Source of the DNA: Myxococcales bacterium
GTDB taxonomy: Bacteria; Myxococcota_A; UBA9042
Direction: 5' to 3'
Assembly: GCA_037441385.1 (NCBI GenBank)
Contig: JBBISH010000142.1
Coordinates: 1-14,620, forward strand
DNA length: 14,620 bases
A program made the translations under genes and the position numbers. The notes beneath the pieces were generated by a model, which had not been told where the DNA came from, made no database searches, and saw only the letters and a list, made by a program, of their open reading frames with translations. This document shows, piece after piece, positions 8,011 to 14,620 of the stretch. The number at the start of each line of letters is the position of its first letter. Positions within the stretch are counted from its first letter, which is position 1.

Positions 8011-10116
8011 ATGCAAAGACTGCCCCAATTCAGCTCGGCAGCCATCGTCGCTTTGGCGAGTTTTTTGCTGGCAATTCCGGCTGTAGCGGCGGCCGCGGTG
8101 CCAGCGACCTTGGGCATCGAGGGAGCGCTGACCACGGCCAGCGGTGGACCCGCCAGCGACGGCAACTACTCGGCCACAGTCTCGCTTTTGGACGGGCCCA
8201 CCGGCAACGCAGTCTGGACCGAGCAAGGGCTGACGCTGGCGGTCAAGAACGGGCAATTCGCGGGTGTCTTGGGCCAAAAGACACCGCTGTCGGCGGCGGT
8301 GCTTGCGGGCGAACGCTACCTTTCCGTCCAGTTGGCCAGCGACCCGGCGCTGCCGCCGGTGGCCATTCGCTCGGTCGCCTCGGCGCTGCGGGCGCTGGTC
8401 GCCGAAGGGGTCGAGTGCTCGGGCTGCATCAAGGCCGGTCAACTGGACCCAGGGCTGTTGCAGGGCTACGCCAAGACCGCGGATCTGACTGGACTGGCTA
8501 GCAAAACCGACCTAAGCGATTACGTCAAAGCGGCGTCGCTGGCCAAAGTCGCCGCCACGGGCGTCTACGGCGATCTGGCCGGAGCGCCCCAGCTCGCCGA
8601 TGTCGCGACCAGCGGCAGCTACGGCGACCTGAGCGACAAGCCGATCCTGGCCAAGTTGGGCACGAGCTGCGGCAGCGGCCTGGTCCTCAAGGGCCTAAAG
8701 GCCGACGGCAGCTACGAATGCGTCTCGGGCGGCGTGGATGTGAACAGCCTGCCCAAGGACGGCCTGGACGAAATCAGCAACGGCCAGCTCACGACCCAAT
8801 TCACCGAGAAATTCGCCAACGCCGGCCCCGTCACCATCCCGGGCAACCTGCCCGCCGGTGTGCAAGACTCGATTACGGTCGCGGACAAAGGGATCGCCAC
8901 ATCGCTCAGCGTGTCGATCGCGCTGACCAATTCAGACGTCAGCAAAGTTCGCATCACGCTGTTCGATCCCGCAGGTGCCAGCTACCTGCTCTACGATCAA
9001 GGCGCCACGGGCACCGGCCTGGCGCTGACGTTCCCGTCGCCCGACAAGACGGTGAGCGGCGACCTGAGCACCTGGATCGGCAAGAATCCCAAGGGCATCT
9101 GGTCGGTCAGCGTGGCGGACTTGGCGGGACCGACCGGCCCCGACGGCAAGGTCAGCGCGTGGTCGGTGCAATTCGGCACGCTGTCGAACCAGAAGGTGGC
9201 GTCGGTCGGTCTGTTGCAAACCAGCGGCGGCCTACAGCTGCGCACCGACGACAAACCACCGGTGACGTGCGGCCCAGCGACCGCCGGCTACATGTACTTC
9301 AACACGGCGGTGGCGGCGTTCTATGGCTGCAACGGCAAGAGCTTTGTACCCATGTCGAACCTGGGCGTATTGCCCAGTTGCCAGGCCATCTTGAGCGCCG
9401 ACCCGCTGAGCAAGGACGGCGTCTACACCATCGACCCCGACGGCACCGGCCCAGTGCCGGCGCTCGACGTGTACTGCGACATGACCACCAACGGCGGCGG
9501 CTGGACCATGCTGGTGCGCCTGAACACCAACGACGCCAACGAGCGCTCGTCGGTCGACAACGCCTTCTGGGACAGCGCCAGCGCAGTCGGCACGTTGAGC
9601 GGCAGCGACGACTACTTGTCGGCGGCCTACGACGCCCTGCCCTTCACGCAAATCACGCTGCGCTATACCTACCAAGGGCCAGCGGTGATCGCCGCGACCT
9701 ACACCAACGCCGCCAACACGGTGAACCTAAGGAAGAACCTGAACCTCAGCTACTCAAACAGCAACCCCGCATGGAGCAAGGCCTGGAGCAGCGGCAGCAC
9801 GGCCGACGTGTTCTTTGGCCCGGCGCTCCGCTTCCGCACCATTGGCAACGACGCCGACTACTCGCGCATTTGGTACAACTTGGTGCCCGTGGGCGCATGC
9901 AACCAAGGCGGCTCGATCGGCCACAACGGCGACTACCCGGGCAACGATTGGAATTGGGAAGTCGCGCGCGGCTCGGACCTGGATCCAACCGTCTGCCAGC
10001 ACAACACCTACCGCCTGGGCCTGGGCAGCAACTACGACAAGAAAGCCTGGGGCGGCACGGACATCACCCCAACGGCCTTCTACAACCAGGGCATCATGTA
10101 CATTCTGGTCCGGTGA
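8011..10116 (+). CDS. Secreted mosaic protein: N-terminal domain, tail-fibre-like repeats, proprotein-convertase P-like domain, fibrinogen-like YCDxxxxGGGW / intelectin-like C-terminal domain
   Basis: ATG at 8011 with GAGG at 8002-8005. Sec signal ending AVAAA. Repeat LAKVAATGVYGDL/LADVATSGSYGDL. P-domain-like VRITLFDPAG...GKNPKGIWSVSVAD...GKVSAWSV. SCQAIL...DGVYTIDPDG...VYCDMTTNGGGWT. Confidence 0.85.
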   Translation: MQRLPQFSSAAIVALASFLLAIPAVAAAAVPATLGIEGALTTASGGPASDGNYSATVSLLDGPTGNAVWTEQGLTLAVKNGQFAGVLGQKTPLSAAVLAGERYLSVQLASDPALPPVAIRSVASALRALVAEGVECSGCIKAGQLDPGLLQGYAKTADLTGLASKTDLSDYVKAASLAKVAATGVYGDLAGAPQLADVATSGSYGDLSDKPILAKLGTSCGSGLVLKGLKADGSYECVSGGVDVNSLPKDGLDEISNGQLTTQFTEKFANAGPVTIPGNLPAGVQDSITVADKGIATSLSVSIALTNSDVSKVRITLFDPAGASYLLYDQGATGTGLALTFPSPDKTVSGDLSTWIGKNPKGIWSVSVADLAGPTGPDGKVSAWSVQFGTLSNQKVASVGLLQTSGGLQLRTDDKPPVTCGPATAGYMYFNTAVAAFYGCNGKSFVPMSNLGVLPSCQAILSADPLSKDGVYTIDPDGTGPVPALDVYCDMTTNGGGWTMLVRLNTNDANERSSVDNAFWDSASAVGTLSGSDDYLSAAYDALPFTQITLRYTYQGPAVIAATYTNAANTVNLRKNLNLSYSNSNPAWSKAWSSGSTADVFFGPALRFRTIGNDADYSRIWYNLVPVGACNQGGSIGHNGDYPGNDWNWEVARGSDLDPTVCQHNTYRLGLGSNYDKKAWGGTDITPTAFYNQGIMYILVR

Positions 10117-10149
10117 CTTTGCGCCCGCGCCGCCGCGTCGATCCAGCCC

Positions 10150-10446
10150 ATGTCTGAACTACCGCTCGCAACTTCGCAAGAATCTTCGTCAGCCTATGGT
10201 GAGCCGCCCCCTCAGGGTTGCGCGTTCACCCCGCTGCGCGTCCTTGGGCTGGCCTTTATCGGCATGCCCGTGTGGAACGGTGTGTTGTGGGCGGTGGCGG
10301 GGGACTTGGGCATCGGCATGCAAGACACGGCGGGGCTTCAGCTCTTTGAACTCTTCTCTGTGAGCACGTTCTTGGCGGCGGTCTACGGCGTGCGCCGGTG
10401 GGTGCGCCGCCGCCAGCGTGACGGTGCGCAGACGCCCCCGGATTGA
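10150..10446 (+). CDS. Hypothetical small membrane protein (about 2 TM segments)
   Basis: 98-aa ORF filling the gap between co-oriented genes. Two hydrophobic stretches (VLGLAFIGMPVWNGVLWAVA; LFELFSVSTFLAAVYGV) followed by basic RRWVRRRQR. Confidence 0.55.
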   Translation: MSELPLATSQESSSAYGEPPPQGCAFTPLRVLGLAFIGMPVWNGVLWAVAGDLGIGMQDTAGLQLFELFSVSTFLAAVYGVRRWVRRRQRDGAQTPPD

Positions 10447-10500
10447 CGCGGGTTGGCACGGAAGCGCACACTCTGGGCCCAACTTGCTAAGAGGTTTCTC

Positions 10501-11742
10501 ATGCGCACCGTCTTCCTAAGGATAGTTACCGGCAGCGGCCTGGCTGCCCTGGCTCTTTGCGCCGCAGGCTGCGACTCCGCGACCAGTTCGACAACGTCGA
10601 CCAGCAGCGGCCCCATCGCCATCGACGCCTTGCCCGCCGAAGTGCAAGCCACGTTCTGCAAGGTTGCGGACTGCATGGGTATGTGGTTCTCGACCCCCAC
10701 CGGATGCGCCGACACGATGGGCGGTTTTGCCGAAATGGAGCAGGTGGCATGGGTCAAGGCCGGTCTGGTCACGTACGACGGCACCAAGGCCCGCGCCTGC
10801 CTGACCGCTATGGCCTCGTCGTGCAGCCTGGAGGGCGCCGAACCCGAGGCCTGCCGCCTGACCTTTGTGGGCAAGCTGGAAAACGGCGCCGCCTGTGACG
10901 AGAACGCGTTCTGCAAGTCGGTGTACTGCAAGAAGTCCACCGGCAACTGCGGCGTCTGCACCGAGCCCGGTACGGCGGGCAAGGCCTGCGACAGCAGCGC
11001 GTCCTGCGCGAGCGGCTTGGCCTGCATCAAGGGCGTGTGCGCGGCGCAGGGCTCGATCGCCGCCGGCGCCGAGTGCGGTCAGGACAAGGACTGCATCGCC
11101 GACCACTACTGCAAGCACGGGCAGGACAAAGACGTATGCACGCCCAAGGCCGCCAAGGATGGCGAGTGCGCCCTGAACGCCGACAGCTGCAAAGCCGGTC
11201 TGGTCTGCAGCGGCGACTTCAGCAGCGGTCAGATGGACAAGGGCAAGTGCACCACTGCGCACAAGGCCGGGGAAACGTGCGGCAACCCGTTCAAGTCCGA
11301 CTGCGAAAAGGGCCTGGTCTGCGGCTTCACCATGCCGACCAAGGCCGGCGACAAGGTCACCTCCAAGTGCGTGCCGCTGGTCAAGGTGGGCGTCGCGTGC
11401 GAATTCAACGTGCAGTGTGGCGTAGACGGCTGGTGCACCGGTGGCAAGTGCGCCGCCCTGCCCAAGGCGGGCGAGACGTGCGGCAAGAGCGACACGGGCA
11501 ACAGCGGCCGATGCGCCGCCAACTTGGACTGCGGCAACGACGGCAAATGCGCCGAACCACCGGCGATCGGCAAGGACTGCACCTTCGAGTGCGTCAAGGG
11601 CGCCAGCTGCGTCGCCAGCAAGTGCGTGGCCAACAGCGACGTTGGCGGTGCCTGCGCCAGCGACGGTTCGGGCCCCAAGTGCAAGAACGGCCTGTTCTGT
11701 GCGGCCGCCGGCACCTGCAGCGCCACGCCGGTCTGCAAGTAG
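10501..11742 (+). CDS. Cys-rich lipoprotein with about 9 four-Cys (Dickkopf-like) repeats
   Basis: ATG at 10501 with AAGAGG upstream. Lipobox AAG-C followed by a Ser/Thr linker. 46 Cys in 413 aa by my count. Repeats of the form GxxC-x5-C-xxGLxC-x4-C. Confidence 0.85.
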   Translation: MRTVFLRIVTGSGLAALALCAAGCDSATSSTTSTSSGPIAIDALPAEVQATFCKVADCMGMWFSTPTGCADTMGGFAEMEQVAWVKAGLVTYDGTKARACLTAMASSCSLEGAEPEACRLTFVGKLENGAACDENAFCKSVYCKKSTGNCGVCTEPGTAGKACDSSASCASGLACIKGVCAAQGSIAAGAECGQDKDCIADHYCKHGQDKDVCTPKAAKDGECALNADSCKAGLVCSGDFSSGQMDKGKCTTAHKAGETCGNPFKSDCEKGLVCGFTMPTKAGDKVTSKCVPLVKVGVACEFNVQCGVDGWCTGGKCAALPKAGETCGKSDTGNSGRCAANLDCGNDGKCAEPPAIGKDCTFECVKGASCVASKCVANSDVGGACASDGSGPKCKNGLFCAAAGTCSATPVCK

Positions 11743-11965
11743 CCCCTTCCCTTTTTGGCAAACTCTCCTTCCCGTCAAGCCGGTCCAAGTAGGGGGCTGT
11801 TCGTCCGCGGGGAGTTCGCCGCTTGTTTGTAGCTCTGGGGTGGGATGACCCTAGCCGGCAAGTTGGCTTGGGAACCGAACCAGCACGATGGGAGCGCTTG
11901 GCCAATTGCCGCGGCGTATCGGCCCTAAGGCCGGGCGCCTGCGGCCCACCCAGCAGGACGCGAGG

Positions 11966-11996
11966 GGCAGGCAAAATCGACTCGATTTTTCCTGCC
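11966..11996. repeat. Near-perfect 31-bp palindrome in the convergent intergenic region
   Basis: GGCAGGCAAAATCGA-C-TCGATTTTTCCTGCC; 14/15 arm positions are complementary. Confidence 0.65.
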
Positions 11997-12018
11997 ATAC
12001 CGGTTGCCGACAGCCCGA

Positions 12019-12146
12019 GCGACCCCAGGTTGAAACCTGGGGCTCGCGGTCGAGAAGTCCGCCTCCGCGGACTCGGAGGGGCGCTTGCGCCAACCGGCGA
12101 AGGCCGGTTTCTTGAGTGCGAGCCTGGGGTTTCAACCCCCGGTCGC
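12019..12146. repeat. REPIN-like element: two inverted 55-nt double-hairpin REP-like units with an 18-nt spacer
   Basis: The reverse complement of 12019-12073 aligns without gaps to 12092-12146 (39/55 identical). Each unit has a 7-bp hairpin plus a ...GGTTTCAACC... hairpin. Confidence 0.75.
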
Positions 12147-12214
12147 CGTCGAGCCTGAAACGCAGTCACGATCACTGTAGCTAACCGGCAAGGCGGGCGA
12201 TTTTGCTCGGCCCC

Positions 12215-13927
12215 TTAGTCGCGCGGCGGCGAGCTCCAGCGCGCGATGTGGTTGCCCGAGGTCATGTCTTGGCCGGGCAGCCACAGCGCCGCGTAGGAGC
12301 CATCCTGCCCTGCGGCCAGCTTCTTGGGGTCGATGGCCGCCACGTAGATCTGCGGCGTGGGCGGGCTGCCGGTGTGCAAGAAGCCGTAGCTGCGCTTGGA
12401 CGAGAACGCCATCCAATACAAGTTGCCGGGAACATTGCCAAACGTTGGCCACGAGTTGGTAAGGGGGTCGGTACTTTGGTTGGCGAGGTCTAGGCGGATC
12501 GGCGCACCGCCCTCGGCGGGGATGATCCACAGCTCGGCATTGCAGTTGTCGTAGGTGCCGCCGCCGCTGCTGGGCCCGCCACCGGCCGACGCAGGGCACG
12601 CCGCGGCATTCAAGTCGACGCGGTTGAAGGCGATGTACTGCCCGTCGATGGTAAAGGTGGGGTAGTACTGAAACACGTTGTCGTCGTCCGCGCCGCTGAT
12701 CGGGGCGGCCACGTCGCCCTCGCCGCCGTTGAACGGCACCGCGTACAGCTTGGTGGGCTGCGAGGCCGAGAAGCCGTTGCCCACGTCTTTGGCCGAGGCG
12801 TACACCACGGTCTTGCCGTCGGGCGACCAAGTGGGGAAGGCCTGTTGGCCCAAATCGCCGCTCTTGACCAGCGGCTTGGACTTGCCGCCCATCAGGTCCA
12901 CCGCCAGGAGCTTGGGCGCGGTGGGGATGATGCTCGCCGAGTTGGAGCTGGGCACCACCAACCACTTGACCTGATCGGAGAAATAGGCCGGCGAAAACGC
13001 GGCGGCGATCGTGAACGACGACGCCAACGTGGCCGCGGCCTTGGGATGGAGCCAGCTGGGCGTGGCGCCGGTCTTGGCGTTCACTAGCGTCATCGACATA
13101 CTGGTCATGCCGGCGCCCATCATGTGGCTGACCGCCACCGTGGAGCCATCCGGGCTGACGCTGTGGCAGCCGGCGCACATGCCCGCGCCCGTGGATACCG
13201 TCACCGGCATCTGCCCTTGCTCCAAGACGCGCACGCCCTGCAACTGCGTGTTCCAGTAGTAGATCGCCCCGCCAGCCGGCATCGCCGAGGTGTGCAGCGT
13301 CTGCGGCTTGCTGGTCGCCACGCTGGTGGCTTTGCCGCCCTGCACCGTCGCGGCGAGCACGCGCAAGGTCCAGTCTGGGTGATCCGGGAACTGGAACAGC
13401 TTGGCCCAGATCCATTTGGGCACGGTGACTACATAGCCCGGCCCCTTCGCCCAAGTCTGCGGGTCGCCCAGGATGTCGAACTGCGCCTCTTCGGTCTCTA
13501 GCCGCACCACAAAGACCGTGGGCGCCGCCCCAGACCACGTCCACTGCACGGTAATCGGGGCAAAATCCACCGGGACCATCGCATCATTGGGCGGGTAGAG
13601 CACTTCGAGCCCTGGGTCCAGTGTGCCAAAGGCGCCGACCAACGCCTCGGCCGCCTGGGGCGTGCTGGTGTCGGTGGTGTCGACGGCCAGCGTGACGCCG
13701 TCGGGAAGCCCCTGCTCTTGATCGGCCACGTCGGCCGCAACGTCGGGCTTGGCGACCAGCGTGTCGGCTGTTGGCGACGCATCGGCGGCCGCGTCGGCCG
13801 CAGGCACGGTGTCCACCACCGCAGCATCGCTATGGGCATCAGCAGGTTGCGAGGCTGTCTTGGCGGTGGGCGTGCTGCAGGCCAAGGTGACGAAAATCGG
13901 CAGGAGGACGGCGTAGGGTGTGCGCAT
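12215..13927 (-). CDS. Lipoprotein with TolB-like (PD40/WD40) beta-propeller and a single CxxCH motif
   Basis: Lipobox TLA-C and Ala/Asp/Pro linker. LEVLYPPNDAMVP. CAGCHSVSPDG. Propeller blades FPTWSPDGKTVVYAS, YYPTFTIDGQYIAF, NSWPTF...WMAFSSKRSYG, WLPGQD. Confidence 0.85.
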   Translation of the reverse strand: MRTPYAVLLPIFVTLACSTPTAKTASQPADAHSDAAVVDTVPAADAAADASPTADTLVAKPDVAADVADQEQGLPDGVTLAVDTTDTSTPQAAEALVGAFGTLDPGLEVLYPPNDAMVPVDFAPITVQWTWSGAAPTVFVVRLETEEAQFDILGDPQTWAKGPGYVVTVPKWIWAKLFQFPDHPDWTLRVLAATVQGGKATSVATSKPQTLHTSAMPAGGAIYYWNTQLQGVRVLEQGQMPVTVSTGAGMCAGCHSVSPDGSTVAVSHMMGAGMTSMSMTLVNAKTGATPSWLHPKAAATLASSFTIAAAFSPAYFSDQVKWLVVPSSNSASIIPTAPKLLAVDLMGGKSKPLVKSGDLGQQAFPTWSPDGKTVVYASAKDVGNGFSASQPTKLYAVPFNGGEGDVAAPISGADDDNVFQYYPTFTIDGQYIAFNRVDLNAAACPASAGGGPSSGGGTYDNCNAELWIIPAEGGAPIRLDLANQSTDPLTNSWPTFGNVPGNLYWMAFSSKRSYGFLHTGSPPTPQIYVAAIDPKKLAAGQDGSYAALWLPGQDMTSGNHIARWSSPPRD

Positions 13928-13936
13928 GGTGGCTAC

Positions 13937-13965
13937 AGCCTACGCCGCCCCGCCCGCCTGGGCAA
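13937..13965 (-). promoter_or_regulatory. Candidate sigma70 promoter giving a (near-)leaderless mRNA
   Basis: On the minus strand, TTGCCC (13965-13960) - 17 nt - TAGGCT (13942-13937). Only 9 nt separate the -10 from the ATG at 13927, with no SD sequence. Confidence 0.4.
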
Positions 13966-14001
13966 TTGAGCGCCGAGGCCAAAGTCCAGCGCCGCAAGGG
14001 A

Positions 14002-14129
14002 CCCCGGACGTCGATTTGGGATGCAGATCAAGGCGCAAGGAGCGGAGCGAGTGAGGCGACCTCAAGGTCGGCGCAGGGAGGGTAGCGACGCAGCAACGCC
14101 GAGTTGCGCCCAGAGCGGCGGATCGGGGG
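14002..14129. repeat. About 128-nt imperfect palindromic (MITE/REP-like) intergenic element
   Basis: Outer arms ccccggacgtcgatttgggatgcagatc and gagttgcgcccagagcggcggatcggggg pair with several G-U pairs. Central hairpin CGACC-TCAA-GGTCG (14057-14070). The element abuts the OmpA stop codon. Confidence 0.5.
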
Positions 14130-14620
14130 CTAGTCGTCGGTCTGCGGCTGGAGGTGGAACTCGATGCGGCGGTTCTTCTGCTTGCCGGCCTTGCTCTTGT
14201 TGTCCGCGATCGGCTTGTCCTGGCCGTAGCCGATGGCGAGCAACCGGTCGGCGGCGATGGTCTTTTCGATCATGTAGGCCTTGACCGAGTCGGCGCGCTC
14301 TTGGCTCAGCTTCTTGTTGCCCTCGGGGCTGCCCGTGTTGTCGGTGTGGCCGCTGATCTCGACCTTTAGGGCCGGGAATTCCTTCAGGATCGCCACGGCG
14401 GCGTCCAGGGTCTTGAAGCTCTTGGGCAAGATGGTGGCGCTGCCGGTCTCGAACTCGATGCCCTTGATGGTACCCGAGAACATCTTGGCGATCTTGGCCG
14501 GGACGGTGTCGGGGCAGCCGTCGTCGTCTTGGTAACCGTTCTTGGTCTCGGGCTTGTCGGGGCACTTGTCGACGCTGTCGGCCACGCCGTCCTTGTCCTG
14601 GTCCGGCACTTCGTCGGGGC
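14130..14620 (-). CDS. OmpA-family protein with thrombospondin type-3 Ca-binding repeats (5' end outside the window)
   Basis: The frame is open to the window edge (..PDEVPDQDKDG). TSP3-like DQDKDGVADSVDKCP..PETKNGYQDDDGCPD. OmpA C-terminal motifs IEFETGS, ISGHTDNTG, NKKLSQERA, GYGQDKPIA, KNRRIEF. Confidence 0.92.
   Translation of the reverse strand, partial: PDEVPDQDKDGVADSVDKCPDKPETKNGYQDDDGCPDTVPAKIAKMFSGTIKGIEFETGSATILPKSFKTLDAAVAILKEFPALKVEISGHTDNTGSPEGNKKLSQERADSVKAYMIEKTIAADRLLAIGYGQDKPIADNKSKAGKQKNRRIEFHLQPQTDD

Noticed and set aside
3831..8165. Long minus-strand ORFs 3831-5876, 4034-5293 and 5880-8165
   Set aside because: Antisense to thrB, thrC and the ThDP enzyme; low-information translations.
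8011..10116. Prophage origin of the fibre-like gene
   Set aside because: It has a Sec signal peptide, and no structural, integrase or lysis phage genes are adjacent.
10453..10488. Sigma54-like TGGCACG and TTGCT boxes upstream of the lipoprotein at 10501
   Set aside because: GG-to-GC spacing is 9 nt in both possible registers, not the required 10.
11743..12214. Short ORFs, a CRISPR array or an attC site in the convergent intergenic region
   Set aside because: The ORFs run through palindromic repeats and lack motifs. The repeats are inverted rather than direct with spacers. No cas or integrase gene and no RYYYAAC/GTTRRRY boundaries.
8718..13544. Alternative-frame ORFs 8718-10157, 10516-11778 and 12132-13544
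   Set aside because: They overlap better-supported genes, and their composition is typical of off-frame or antisense GC-rich sequence.
12215..14620. Calling the last two genes tolB-pal, or the OmpA protein traB
   Set aside because: The propeller protein is a CxxCH lipoprotein unlike true TolB. The OmpA protein has TSP3 repeats unlike Pal. Its N-terminus and any traA partner are outside the window, and TSP3-OmpA paralogues are common.

Overview
High-GC bacterial DNA whose content (several Cys-rich lipoproteins, a TSP3-OmpA protein, a MepA-LysM protein) suggests Myxococcota/deltaproteobacteria; the taxonomy is inferred. About 11 genes. Minus strand: a secreted LysM + MepA-type murein endopeptidase, preceded by a Cys-rich lipoprotein (somatomedin-B-like domain, CTDC-type repeats, C-terminal beta-sandwich). 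Plus strand: thrB, thrC, an ILVBL/HACL2-like ThDP enzyme, a secreted mosaic fibre-like protein ending in a fibrinogen/intelectin-like domain, a small membrane protein and a second Cys-rich lipoprotein. Minus strand again: a TolB-like propeller lipoprotein with one CxxCH motif and a 5'-truncated TSP3-OmpA protein. The intergenic DNA holds several structured elements. The clearest is an inverted pair of 55-nt double-hairpin REP-like units with five compensatory base-pair changes (12019-12146). I saw no transposase, CRISPR array, tRNA or rRNA, and I cannot demonstrate a novel system. The best leads are the intelectin-like fibre, the covarying REPIN-like element, the CxxCH propeller and the thrBC linkage of an ILVBL-like enzyme. 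All family assignments come from motif recognition, not database searches.
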